Program-made: the position numbers and the translations under genes
Part shown: positions 8,514-18,299 of the stretch, piece by piece
Position numbering within the stretch: position 1 is the first letter of the stretch
Layout of the letters: every line of letters begins with the position of its first letter
The notes under the pieces: model-generated
What the model was told of the DNA's origin: nothing
Seen by the model: only the letters and a program-made list of their open reading frames with translations
The model's database searches: none
Source: Actinomycetota bacterium
GTDB lineage: Bacteria > Actinomycetota > Geothermincolia > Geothermincolales > RBG-13-55-18
Length of the DNA: 64,000 nucleotides
Assembly (NCBI GenBank): GCA_015711955.1
Contig: MU158684.1
Span: 11,815 to 75,814 of the forward strand
Direction: 5' to 3'

Positions 8514-11226
8514 GCTCTTCCTCCCAGTGCCCTCCCCCTTCCTGCTGGCTCTGTATGGCGTCCACGATGCTGCTGTATGCCACGATGCTTCGGTCCACCA
8601 GGTCCATGGCTGAGGAGACCAGCAAAGTCAGGGACTCGTCTTCGGCGACCTCCTTGATTTGGCGGAGCAGGTCGATGACTTGCTTCATGCAGCGGACGAA
8701 ATCCCCCGCCGAATACTGGGGATAGGTGGCGGTTATGTGTTCCAGGTCCTCCCCCGAGGCCCAGTCATATGCCACGGGCACGAAACCGGTGTCCACCGGC
8801 TTGAGCAGGTCAAGGCCCTCTTCCCGCTCTAACTCCTTTATCTCCTCCTGCCGCCTCAAGGCCCAGTCTATGGACCTTTCCAGTTGGGGGGTGGGATAGG
8901 ACGCCTTCTCCCGCACTTTAGCCTTCTCACCCCTTTCCCGGGGAACGGGGCCCGATTCCCTGGACTCGTAGACGAAGATGCTCGCGAAAGCCGCCGCCTC
9001 TTCCGGTCTGAGGAGGTGGAACACCCCTTCCTCTAAGGCCTCCACCAGCAGGAGGTCGCATTCGTTGTATATCCTTCCCAAGACCATGCCCTTGGGAGTG
9101 GGGGATCCGTCCTCCAGGTAACCGAGTTTGACCAAGAGCCTCTTCACGTTCTCGAGTTTCCGGGAGGCCACCTCGCTGCGGGCTTCCATCTGGTCGTTGA
9201 TGGCGCGCACTTCCCGCCTGAGGTCCAGCACCCGGCGAAAACCGAACACGCACTCCTCCCTTTTGGGGCAAAAGTGACAGGGGTGAACCGCAAGTTGTTT
9301 TCTGGTCTCCTCTATCTCCTCTCGCATGGGAGGATGAGGTTCTTCTTCCCACCTCTCCGGCTCCGGCAGCTCCAGCTCCCTTAGGAAGCGGCGGACCTCC
9401 CGTTCCCTTATCCTCCCGCCGGGAGAGAGCAGCGAGGGAGGGAGATGGGCTATGGCTTGGGGTGGCTGGGGGAAATGTTGGTGGGTGGCCTTGAGGAAAC
9501 GGCCTCGCGAGTCCATGACGGTGAGGCGAGGGTTACCGTGTCGGTCCTCCGACAGACCGAGGACCACGGCCGCCCGCCTTTCCCCCTTGCGCTGGATGAC
9601 CACCACGTCCCCCACGGCGGTCTCTTCCATCTCCCTGTGGATAAGTTCCCTCCTTCTTTTGCGCCTCTCCTCCGCGGCTTCTTTCTCCATCTCGGAGAGC
9701 CGGCGTCTCAGCCCGAAGTATTCCTCCACGTTTCCCTCATCGCACGAGAGTTCCCTCTCGAGCTCGGCCAGACGGCTTTCCAACCTGTTGCGGGCCCTCT
9801 CCAGCCTCACCACCTCCCGATCGGCTAAGAACTGGGCGAAGCTGGAGTTGAGGAGGTGGACCGCCGTCTCGTGGTCGTAGTATCGGAGGAGGTTAACCGC
9901 CATGTTGTAGGATAGGGAAAAACTGGATGTGATGGGAAGGCTTTCCGCTTGGGCTAGCCTCCTCACCTCCTCGAAAGAGACCATGGGATTGTACAAGGTG
10001 ACCGCGTTCCCCACCTTATCGATACCCCTACGGCCCGCCCTTCCGGTGAACTGGGTGTACTCGGTGGGGGTCAGGAACTCGTGGGTCTCGCCGCTGAACT
10101 TGAAAAGGGATTCGATGACCACCGTCTTGGCCGGCATGTTTATCCCCAAAGAAAGGGTCTCGGTGGCGAACACGACTTTTATCAGGCCCTGAGCGAAAAG
10201 GTCCTCCACCAGCTCCTTGAAGAGGGGGAGAAGCCCGGCGTGATGGGAGGCGAGGCCCTTCCTCAAGGCGTCTAACCACAGGTCGAAGTTGAACACCTTC
10301 AGGTCTTGCTGCGACAGGAAGGAAACTCTTTCCAGCACCGTGTCCTCTATCACGTGCTTCTCCTCGGTGGAGGTGAGGTCCAACCCCGCTTCCATGCAAT
10401 GGCCCACGGCGGCGTCACAACCAGCTCGGCTGAAGATGAAATATATGGCGGGAAGCATCCCGGAACGCCTCAACCTGTCCACCACCTCCGCCCGACGAGG
10501 TATCAAGTGGCGGGGGCTGGGCCTCTTGCCTCCCCTTCTCCGGCTGGCCATCCTCTCCATCTCCGCCACCAGCCGGGGAGCCTTGGAGGAAAGGAGGTTC
10601 ACCATGATACCGTCCACCATGAAGAAGTGCCTTAGGGGTACCGGCCTCTCGCCGTGGAACACCGTTCTCACGTCGCCGCGCAAGGTGTTGAGCCATTCGC
10701 CGAATTCCCTGTAATTGGAGACGGTGGCCGAAAGGGCTATTATCTTGACGTCGGTGGGTAAGTGGATGATTATCTCTTCCCACACCGCCCCTCGGAAGGG
10801 ATCCATGAGATAATGACACTCGTCAAGCACCACGTATTTGAGCCCGTACAGGGACGGGGACCTTTCGTAGATCATGTTGCGCAGTACCTCGGTGGTCATG
10901 ATCACCACCGGCGCCTCGGGGTTTATGCTGTTGTCGCCGGTGAGAAGCCCCACCTTCTCGGGCCCGTATTGGGCGCGGAAATCCCTGAACTTCTGGTTGC
11001 TCAGGGCTTTCAGGGGGGTAGTGTAGTAGGTCTTCAGCCCGGACCGTTCCGCTGCCCACACGGCGAACTCCGCAACCACCGTCTTCCCGGAGCCGGTGGG
11101 GGCCACCACCAGTACCGAACGATCCTCGGACAGATGCCTGATGGCTTCGATCTGGAACGGGTCCAAGCTGAAGGGATAGCGGGAGATGAACTCCTCGACT
11201 ATGTCCGGTGTGGCCGTTTCCTTCAC
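8488..11226 (-). CDS. helY: DEAD/DEAH-box helicase, Ski2/Mtr4-like (HelY family)
   Basis: VVAPTGSGKTVVAEFA, VLDECHYL, ALSATVSN, ETLSLGINMPAKTVV, FTGRAGRRGID motifs; overlaps the kinase start by 26 bp. Confidence 0.9.
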   Translation of the reverse strand: MKETATPDIVEEFISRYPFSLDPFQIEAIRHLSEDRSVLVVAPTGSGKTVVAEFAVWAAERSGLKTYYTTPLKALSNQKFRDFRAQYGPEKVGLLTGDNSINPEAPVVIMTTEVLRNMIYERSPSLYGLKYVVLDECHYLMDPFRGAVWEEIIIHLPTDVKIIALSATVSNYREFGEWLNTLRGDVRTVFHGERPVPLRHFFMVDGIMVNLLSSKAPRLVAEMERMASRRRGGKRPSPRHLIPRRAEVVDRLRRSGMLPAIYFIFSRAGCDAAVGHCMEAGLDLTSTEEKHVIEDTVLERVSFLSQQDLKVFNFDLWLDALRKGLASHHAGLLPLFKELVEDLFAQGLIKVVFATETLSLGINMPAKTVVIESLFKFSGETHEFLTPTEYTQFTGRAGRRGIDKVGNAVTLYNPMVSFEEVRRLAQAESLPITSSFSLSYNMAVNLLRYYDHETAVHLLNSSFAQFLADREVVRLERARNRLESRLAELERELSCDEGNVEEYFGLRRRLSEMEKEAAEERRKRRRELIHREMEETAVGDVVVIQRKGERRAAVVLGLSEDRHGNPRLTVMDSRGRFLKATHQHFPQPPQAIAHLPPSLLSPGGRIREREVRRFLRELELPEPERWEEEPHPPMREEIEETRKQLAVHPCHFCPKREECVFGFRRVLDLRREVRAINDQMEARSEVASRKLENVKRLLVKLGYLEDGSPTPKGMVLGRIYNECDLLLVEALEEGVFHLLRPEEAAAFASIFVYESRESGPVPRERGEKAKVREKASYPTPQLERSIDWALRRQEEIKELEREEGLDLLKPVDTGFVPVAYDWASGEDLEHITATYPQYSAGDFVRCMKQVIDLLRQIKEVAEDESLTLLVSSAMDLVDRSIVAYSSIVDAIQSQQEGGGHWEEELGEEEDAP

Positions 11227-11271
11227 GTTTATAATTCTACCAGAAGTGGAGGAGCCACAGATGAGGGAAAG

Positions 11272-12135
11272 GTGGAGAGGGAGGTGTCGGGAGACGGCCC
11301 AAGGGAAGCGGTTCCCGGTGAGGAGGGGCAGATCCTCGAATTCTTGGAGCGGGACCCCTTGCGCAATCTCCGGATCGTGTACCCCCTGCGCCGCTATGGC
11401 CTACTGAACCTGGGCTTTCCCGAGCAGGGGCTTTGTCTTGTCCTGTCAAAAAAGGGTGAGGTCGGGGGCGTGCTATTTTGGGACAACCTGGGCCTGGTGC
11501 GTTGGAGCGCACCGAGGATAGAGGCGGAGGCGCTGATGGAGGCCGCGCTGGAGAGGTGGGGGTGCCCGCAAGCCTTGGCGGGCGAGGAAGGGGAGGTGGC
11601 CCACCTTCTCGACCGCTTTCCCGAGCTCCGAAGAGAAGTGGAGCATGTCGAGGAAGAGGTGAGCATGATCCTGGAGCCCCACGCCTTCAGGGGACCTGAT
11701 GGGGGAGCGGAGCTGGCTCGCGGGGAGGATCTCCGGGAATGGATGGAACTGGAAAGAGAGATGCAGGTGGAGATCTTGGGAAGGGCCGCCAGCGCCCGCG
11801 TTCTCCGGCGCGAGGCGAGGCTCTTGCTCGGTGAGGGAAGGGCCTTCTTGGTGAGGGAGGATGGAAAGGCCGTTTCCAAGGCGGCTTTGGAGGCGGTTAC
11901 TCCCGCCGCGGACGAGTTGGGGGGAGTGTACACCCGGAAAAGTCACCGGGGAAGGGGTTACGCTCTCTCGGCTTGCGGTGCTGCCTGCGCGAGCTCGCTG
12001 AGCCGCGGCAAACGAGTGAGGTTGGAGACGCAGAGGGACAACCTGCCCGCCATTTCCCTGTACCGCCGCTTGGGATTTGTTACCATGTGGAACCACCTGG
12101 TGGTGCGCCTGAAGGGTGAAGGCCCATCCCCGTAA
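11272..12135 (+). CDS. GNAT family N-acetyltransferase
   Basis: C-terminal GGVYTRKSHRGRGYALSACGAACASSLSRGKRVRLETQRDNLPAISLYRRLGF acetyl-CoA binding pattern. N-terminal part of the 10762 ORF is antisense to the helicase; GTG 11272 is a tentative start. Confidence 0.72.
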   Translation: MEREVSGDGPREAVPGEEGQILEFLERDPLRNLRIVYPLRRYGLLNLGFPEQGLCLVLSKKGEVGGVLFWDNLGLVRWSAPRIEAEALMEAALERWGCPQALAGEEGEVAHLLDRFPELRREVEHVEEEVSMILEPHAFRGPDGGAELARGEDLREWMELEREMQVEILGRAASARVLRREARLLLGEGRAFLVREDGKAVSKAALEAVTPAADELGGVYTRKSHRGRGYALSACGAACASSLSRGKRVRLETQRDNLPAISLYRRLGFVTMWNHLVVRLKGEGPSP

Positions 12136-12250
12136 AGGGTGGCCGCTCCGCTTTTCAAGCCATGCGTCTGAGGCTGGAATCACAAGACGTGGAGGACGAG
12201 CCCCTGACGGAAGTCTTGGCGGGTAGCCTTGGTCGAGAGGAGGGTTCGAG

Positions 12251-13579
12251 TTGCGGGGAGAAAAAGGAGAATTCTGGGATCCTGAAGTGGAGCTCTTAAG
12301 CGCTGAAGAAATAAGGGGACTTCAACTTCGAAGGCTCAAAGAAACGCTCCGGCGCTGCGCAAGAAGCCCCTTTTACAGGCGCTGGTTTCGGGAAGCGGGC
12401 TTCGATCCCGAGTCCCTAAATTCCCTAGGCGGTTTGAGGGCACTGCCCCCCATGGACAAGGACACCCTGAGGAGCGTGGAGCCCTGGGAGTTCCTCACCG
12501 TGCCCCGGGAGGAGATCGTCAGGATGCACTCTTCCTCCGGTACCACCGGGAGGGCAACCGTGATATTCCATACGTGGAAGGACATACAGGCCTGGACGGA
12601 GCTGGGAGCGCGTTGCCTTTACATGACCGGGGTACGCCGCTCCGACGTATTCCAGAACATGATGGGTTACGGCCTCTTCACCGGGGGCTTGGGATTTCAC
12701 TACGCCGCCGAGAGATTGGGGGCCATGGTGATACCCTCGGGTTCTGGCAACAGCAGGCGCCAGATATACCTGATGAGGGAGTTCGGTACCACCGTGGTGC
12801 ACGTGATCCCCAGCTACGCCCTCTACTTGCTGGACGTGTTCAGCGATATGGGCCTGGACCCCCGCAAGGATACCCGCCTGCGCATAGCCTTGATAGGGGC
12901 GGAGCCGCACACGGAAGATCTCCGCCGTCGGCTGGAGGAGGCCTACGGATTAAGGGCCTTCAACTCCTACGGGCTTTCCGAGATGAGCGGTCCGGGCGTG
13001 GCTTTCGAGTGTCCTTTCCAGGACGGCATGCACGTTTGGGAAGACGCCTTCATCATGGAAGTCCTGGATCCCGACACCTTGGAACCGGTTCCGGACGGCG
13101 AGGAGGGCGAGCTGGTGTTCACCACTCTCCACCGGGAGGGCATGCCACTGCTCCGCTACCGTACCCGGGACTTGGCTTGCGCGTATCCCGGTCGCTGCCG
13201 GTGCGGAAGGTGGCATCGTCGCATCTCCCGCATCAAGGGAAGGAGCGACGACATGTTCATAGTCAAAGGGGTCAACGTCTTCCCCATGCAAGTGGAGAAG
13301 GTTTTGCTCCAGAGCATGGGAGTGGGTACCAATTACCAGATCCTTTTGGAGATGGTGGGAAACAGGGAGGAGATGAGGGTTCGAGTAGAGGTGACGGACG
13401 AGCTGTGGCGGGGGGACGTGAGGGAGCTCAAATCCCTGCAGAAGAGGATAACCGCCGCCTTGCGGGACGAGATTTTGGTGACACCGGTGGTGGAGTTGGT
13501 GGAACCCGGCTCGCTGCCGAGGAGCGAGGGCAAGGCGGTGAGGGTGGTGGACATGCGTAAGGATCTGGGAGGGGAATGA
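12251..13579 (+). CDS. paaK: Phenylacetate--CoA ligase family protein
   Basis: MHSSSGTTGRATVIFHT, AYGLRAFNSYGLSEMSGPGVAFEC, YRTRDLA, RIKGRSDDMFIVKGVNVFPMQVE motifs. Confidence 0.92.
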   Translation: MRGEKGEFWDPEVELLSAEEIRGLQLRRLKETLRRCARSPFYRRWFREAGFDPESLNSLGGLRALPPMDKDTLRSVEPWEFLTVPREEIVRMHSSSGTTGRATVIFHTWKDIQAWTELGARCLYMTGVRRSDVFQNMMGYGLFTGGLGFHYAAERLGAMVIPSGSGNSRRQIYLMREFGTTVVHVIPSYALYLLDVFSDMGLDPRKDTRLRIALIGAEPHTEDLRRRLEEAYGLRAFNSYGLSEMSGPGVAFECPFQDGMHVWEDAFIMEVLDPDTLEPVPDGEEGELVFTTLHREGMPLLRYRTRDLACAYPGRCRCGRWHRRISRIKGRSDDMFIVKGVNVFPMQVEKVLLQSMGVGTNYQILLEMVGNREEMRVRVEVTDELWRGDVRELKSLQKRITAALRDEILVTPVVELVEPGSLPRSEGKAVRVVDMRKDLGGE

Positions 13580-13580
13580 G

Positions 13581-14009
13581 ATGGCCCATCAGGTGAACGT
13601 TTTTCTGGCCGACAGGCCGGGAAGGCTGGAGAGGCTGACGGGGGCGTTGGCGGACAAGGGGATAAACATCCGCGCCATAACCATCGCCGGGTCCGAAGGC
13701 TACGGGGTGGCGAAGCTGCTGGTGGACCGACCTGAGGATGCCCATTCCGTGCTCCACGAGGAAGGTTTCTCCGCCCATCTCAAGGAGGTGCTTGCGGTGT
13801 TGATGGAGGACCGTCCTGGGGGCTTGCACGCCGTGTGCGCCGCTCTGGGAGAGAAAGGCATAAACATCGAGGACGCCTACGGTTTCGTGGTGAAGGATCG
13901 GGAGACGGCGGTGCTGGTGATGGAGGTGGAGAAGATCCCCGAGGCGGAAGACGTACTCAGGGGCGCTGGCTTCCATATCCTGGAAGACCATGAACTGTAC
14001 GGCTTATGA
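13581..14009 (+). CDS. ACT domain protein (tandem ACT), partner of phenylacetate-CoA ligase
   Basis: VFLADRPGRLERLTGALADKGINIRAITIA ... DRPGGLHAVCAALGEKGINIEDAYGFV; directly downstream of paaK-like gene. Confidence 0.85.
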   Translation: MAHQVNVFLADRPGRLERLTGALADKGINIRAITIAGSEGYGVAKLLVDRPEDAHSVLHEEGFSAHLKEVLAVLMEDRPGGLHAVCAALGEKGINIEDAYGFVVKDRETAVLVMEVEKIPEAEDVLRGAGFHILEDHELYGL

Positions 14010-14334
14010 GGACCCGAGGTCGCCTGTTAGGCGGCGGCCTCCGCGATACGGTAGTTCTTGCCTGAAATCGCAACTCGTGTCGCTGGGCAAGGCCTGTTGG
14101 TGGCGTTTGTCGGGCCTTGGCTCCCCCGGTGGCCGTACTGAACGTTTTCGTTGGGGACGGCGTGGATTACATCATGCGTCCGTCCGGTTTTGGGGCCTGG
14201 GCGAACGTTCGCGAGGGGAAGCCTGCTCGGTGCGGGGAACCTCGCTCCAGGAGCGGAAATCCGCCTTGCGCGGCAAGTGAAGAGTTTCGGGGATTATAAT
14301 CGATACGGGCGCTGATTTCCGAGGAGGAGGGCTT

Positions 14335-15966
14335 GTGGACCTGGGCCGCGGCGTCCTCGAACTTCTGGCGAAGGACCTCGAGGAAGGGGTGGTACTGCTC
14401 GACCCCGCGCTCAAGGTCGTCCTGGCCAACCGGGCGGCCCTGCAGCTCGTAGGCTGCCATACAGTTGAAGAACTTGCCTCCCGACTGGAGATCCTCCTGA
14501 GCCCTCAAGCCCTGCAGCTGGCCCTTTCGGGGGTCGAGGTTCTCAACGCCCCGTGTCCGGTGCCCGGCAGGGACGGACAGCCCTTGCTTTGTTCCCTCCT
14601 TCCCCTATCGGAGGCTGGCGGCGAAGGGATGCTGGTCTTGGTCAAACCGGGCAGGGTTTTCTCCACCCCCCCTATGGAGAGCTGGCTCATGTGGGGAAGG
14701 AGATACCTGGACCAGGTGACCTACGAATTGCACGAAGGCATCTGCTACCTGGATGGGAAGGGCAGGTTAATATACGCCAACCGAGCATTCCAGGAGCTGT
14801 GCCAAAAAGAATTCCAAGAAATGGCAGGAAAACACATCGCCTCCGTGCTCAAGGTCTCAGCTCGTCCCTTTTCCCTAATGGAGATCGTCGATCGCACTTT
14901 CAAGGAGGGGACTTGGACCGGGGAACTGGAGGTGGAAAGCGGCAGTGGCCACCGGCACCTGCTTTTGACCAGCGCTCTGGTGCGAGGCGAGAACGACAAG
15001 GCTCTCGGGGTGGCGGTTTTGGCCAGGGACATAACCGAAAGGAAGCAATTGGAAATAGAAATGCAGAGGCGCAACAGAGAGTTAAGCCTGGTCTTCGACC
15101 TCATCCGCTTGGCCGCCGGTTATGGGGACCTTAGCACCACCCTCAAGAAGTCGTTGGCTCGTATCCTCGCCATCACCCGGTCGGAGGCGGGAGGGATAAT
15201 GGTCCTGGAGAGGGAGGGAGAGGTAAAAGTGGCCGCCTATCAGGGCCTTACCTATAAGAGCGCCCGGGATCTGGCCGGAAAGGAGTTGGCTAATAGGTTC
15301 TACGTGAAGATGTTGGAAGAGGGCAAGGCCATGATGATAGAGCCGCGGGAAGAAGGGCTAGTCGTTCATGGGATGCGGGGGGAGCTGGGCTCGCTGGCTA
15401 TGGCCCCGATGGTGTTCGGAAGGCTGAGGAACGGCATCCTGATCGTGGGCCACAAGGACCCTCATCACTTCCGCCCTCAGGACCTCCAGGCGCTGGTGTC
15501 TTTGGCTTCACAGTTAGGAATAGTGTTCGAGCTGGCGGGTTTGCTGGACGAACTTCGACGGAACTTGGAGGAATTGGGAAGGGAGCGGGACTTTTCCCGT
15601 TCCCTTGTGGACTCCATGCCCAGCGCCTTGGTCCTTTTGGACGAGAGGGGAAAGGTTTCTTACGTGAACCGCAGGTTCACGGAGCTTCTCGGCTATTCCT
15701 TCGAGGAGGTGAAGGGCCGCCATCTCGGGTTCCTGTTCCCCAAGGGAAGGCGCAGGAAGGCCATGCGCACCGTGATGACCCGGCAGCGGGGGGAAAGGAT
15801 TCGCGAGGAGATAGTGGTGGTGGACGCCCGCGGTGGCGAGCGAACCGTAATCCTCACCTCCACTCCCCGGCCGTACGAGGCAGGGGAGTACCGGGGAGTG
15901 ATAGTTACCATCACCGAGAAGGATGAGCCGAGCAGAAAGAAAAGGGAGGCGTCGGCCGGCACTTGA
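14335..15966 (+). CDS. PAS-PAS-GAF-PAS multi-sensor protein without recognisable output domain
   Basis: GICYLDGKGRLIYANRAFQELCQ; ARDITERKQLE; GAF-like LGSLAMAPMVFGRLRNGILIVGHKDPHHFRPQDLQALVSLASQLGI; SALVLLDERGKVSYVNRRFTELLGYSFEEVKG; ends in a basic tail. Confidence 0.8.
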   Translation: MDLGRGVLELLAKDLEEGVVLLDPALKVVLANRAALQLVGCHTVEELASRLEILLSPQALQLALSGVEVLNAPCPVPGRDGQPLLCSLLPLSEAGGEGMLVLVKPGRVFSTPPMESWLMWGRRYLDQVTYELHEGICYLDGKGRLIYANRAFQELCQKEFQEMAGKHIASVLKVSARPFSLMEIVDRTFKEGTWTGELEVESGSGHRHLLLTSALVRGENDKALGVAVLARDITERKQLEIEMQRRNRELSLVFDLIRLAAGYGDLSTTLKKSLARILAITRSEAGGIMVLEREGEVKVAAYQGLTYKSARDLAGKELANRFYVKMLEEGKAMMIEPREEGLVVHGMRGELGSLAMAPMVFGRLRNGILIVGHKDPHHFRPQDLQALVSLASQLGIVFELAGLLDELRRNLEELGRERDFSRSLVDSMPSALVLLDERGKVSYVNRRFTELLGYSFEEVKGRHLGFLFPKGRRRKAMRTVMTRQRGERIREEIVVVDARGGERTVILTSTPRPYEAGEYRGVIVTITEKDEPSRKKREASAGT

Positions 15967-16002
15967 GGGTCTCGATCCGCTCGTGACCTCGAGAGGAGCT
16001 TT

Positions 16003-16503
16003 TTGGCGGAAACCCTTTTGGGGATCGAACGCGGGATTTCCCACATGAAATACGGAAGACAGGTGTCGGCGGGAGGCGTCCTGTTCAGGCCATCCGCCGG
16101 CGGCGGATACGAGATAGCGTTGATAAAGCCTCGGGGTAAGAAAGCATACGCCCTTCCCAAGGGTCTGGTGGAAGAGGGCGAGGAGCCCGAGAGGGCTGCC
16201 CTCAGGGAGGTGGAGGAGGAGACGGGCATGAGGGGTGAGATCACCGACTACTTGGGATACGTGAAATATTATTATTACTCAAAGGAAGAGGACACCAGGT
16301 ATTTCAAATTGGTCCATTTTTACTTGATGCGATGGACTGGAGGGATGGACAAGGATCACGACTGGGAGGTGGAGGGAGTGGAGTGGGTGCCCCTGGAAAA
16401 GGCAGTCGGGATGATGAGTTATCGCGGCGAAAGGGAAATCGTGGAAAAGGCCGCTCAGAGGCTTCTCGACAAGCCTGAAAAGGGCGATCAAAAAAGCGGT
16501 TGA
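16003..16503 (+). CDS. NUDIX hydrolase
   Basis: Nudix box: GLVEEGEEPERAALREVEEETGMRGE. Confidence 0.93.
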   Translation: MAETLLGIERGISHMKYGRQVSAGGVLFRPSAGGGYEIALIKPRGKKAYALPKGLVEEGEEPERAALREVEEETGMRGEITDYLGYVKYYYYSKEEDTRYFKLVHFYLMRWTGGMDKDHDWEVEGVEWVPLEKAVGMMSYRGEREIVEKAAQRLLDKPEKGDQKSG

Positions 16504-16609
16504 TCATCTACTCCTCGCCGCGTCCCTGTTGAGCCCCATCGCGTGACGGCGTCCTTTGTGCGATCTTCGTTGGCTTAATAGGTGGGCGTCACAGGATGAG
16601 AGCGTTGCC

Positions 16610-17095
16610 ATGGAATGTGACGCGTGGTTCAAAGTGATCTATACCTTGGGCACCAGCAACAGAACCCAAGGGGAGTTTATGGGGCTTCTGCGAGAGGTGA
16701 GAGCAGAATTGGTCTGTGACGTGCGTTCCTTTCCCTCCAGCTCCCGTTACCCCCACTTCGACAAGGAGAATCTGGAGTCGGCGCTGGCGGCGGGTGGTTT
16801 TCGGTACGTTTGGCTGGGAAGGGAGCTGGGAGGTTATCGCAAGGGGGGGTATTTGGCCTACATGGATACCGACGAGTTCAGGGAGGGGCTCGAGGAGCTG
16901 GAGAGGCTGGCCACCACGCGCCTCACCGTTCTCATATGTGCCGAGCGATTCCCATGGAAGTGCCACCGCCGTTTCATCTCAGCGGCGCTTGAGGAAAGGG
17001 GGTGGGATGTCATCCACATCATCGACAGTGAAAGGTTTTGGTGTGGGCCCAAGACCTCAAGGGGTCTTAAGGACGAGCCAAAACTTTTCGATTAA
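16610..17095 (+). CDS. DUF488 family protein
   Basis: VIYTLGTSNRTQGEFMGLLREVRAELVCDVRSFPSSSRYPHFDKENL ... LLCICAERFPWKCHR-type C-terminus (LTVLICAERFPWKCHRRFISAAL). Confidence 0.85.
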   Translation: MECDAWFKVIYTLGTSNRTQGEFMGLLREVRAELVCDVRSFPSSSRYPHFDKENLESALAAGGFRYVWLGRELGGYRKGGYLAYMDTDEFREGLEELERLATTRLTVLICAERFPWKCHRRFISAALEERGWDVIHIIDSERFWCGPKTSRGLKDEPKLFD

Positions 17096-17238
17096 GAAAT
17101 ATGGTCGGGGACCTCGGTGGATGAGGGGTTCGGTCGAAAGAACATTAACTCTTGCGGATAGGGTTGTATCCAGGGGAGGGTAGTTTCCGAACGTCGCGCG
17201 AATGAAAGAAAGCCAAGGGAGTCCATTCTTTAGCGTTT

Positions 17239-17931
17239 GTGCGTTTACCGGACCCTAAGATCAAGAGGGGGACGATTCGATTGGTCAAAGCGGACGAAGG
17301 CCCCGAGGATTTGATAAACCTGCTGGAGCAGAAGATGCCCTCCAAAAAGGACCATTGGAGAAGGGTGGCCCATTATGCCGGGATGATCGCCGAGAAGATG
17401 GGCCTGGAGGAAGGACAAAGAGAGCAGGTCATCACGGCCGCTTTATACATGGATGTGGGGATGCTTGAGGTGATGGAGAGATTGGGGTATAGCCTGGAAG
17501 AGGCGGGCGAGCTGGGGGAGGAGGAAAAAAGGATTCTGAGGCTCCATCCCCTCATGAGCGAAAGCATCCTGTCCCTTTACGGTTTTGATTCCCAAGTCCT
17601 TTCCCTGGTTCGATCCCACCACGAGTGGTGGAACGGGAAGGGTTATCCCGACGGACTCACCGAGAAGGAGATACCTCTGGGGGCGAGGATACTCGGCGTG
17701 GCCGATGCTTTTGTGGCCATGACGTCGTGGCGGAGCTACCGGGCTACCCTGGAGGCCAAGGAGGCCCTCAAGGAGATATACGCTAACGGAGGCTTACAGT
17801 TCGACCCGGGAGTGGTGAAGGCGTTCCTTTCCATAATGACCCCCAGGATATACGGGGTGGGGGGGGATGCGGAACGACGCGAGGCAATGGAGCTGTTGAG
17901 AGAGCTCACCGGACTAACGGATGAAGGTTGA
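17239..17931 (+). CDS. HD domain (HD-GYP-like) phosphohydrolase
   Basis: HWRRVAHYAGMIAEKMGLEEGQREQVITAALYMDVGMLEV ... HPLMSESILS ... VRSHHEWWNGKGYPDGL ... ARILGVADAFVAMTSWRSYR. Confidence 0.85.
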   Translation: MRLPDPKIKRGTIRLVKADEGPEDLINLLEQKMPSKKDHWRRVAHYAGMIAEKMGLEEGQREQVITAALYMDVGMLEVMERLGYSLEEAGELGEEEKRILRLHPLMSESILSLYGFDSQVLSLVRSHHEWWNGKGYPDGLTEKEIPLGARILGVADAFVAMTSWRSYRATLEAKEALKEIYANGGLQFDPGVVKAFLSIMTPRIYGVGGDAERREAMELLRELTGLTDEG

Positions 17932-17969
17932 CGAGAGCCGCCCGCAGCCGACACCTTCACCCGTCCCCA

Positions 17970-17994
17970 ACGCCATCGCTCGGGGTGATGGCGT
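17970..17994. repeat. Inverted repeat ACGCCATC-N9-GATGGCGT downstream of the HD gene
   Basis: 8-bp perfect stem read directly; no T-run. Confidence 0.7.
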
Positions 17995-18299
17995 CGTTCC
18001 GCGATGAGGTCAGGATTTGAGGATGTGGAATTCCCCGGGAGGTGGCCGCCGAAAACGTTTGACTCGGGGAACGTCCTTGAGAGGCGTTCCAGAGTAGACT
18101 CGGGCTTTGCAGGGTTGAGTGATTCGAGATCCGCCCCTCTTTCGTCCCCGCCATGGGACCGTGTGACCGCGGTATCGCAAAAATCGGCCTGTGCCGAGTT
18201 CCCTTCGTGGAATCCATTACCTCGCTGTGTTATCTTTATGGGCACGACCGCGGGTTTTCTCGGTGATGCAGTCAAAGGATGAAAGTGGAAAGGGGAAGT

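Noticed and set aside
10762-11271. N-terminal part of the 457-aa ORF
   Set aside because: His/Gly-rich translation antisense to the HelY-like helicase; only the C-terminal GNAT part looks coding.
12574-13560. 328-aa plus-strand ORF inside paaK
   Set aside because: Out-of-frame shadow of the well-supported phenylacetate-CoA ligase gene.
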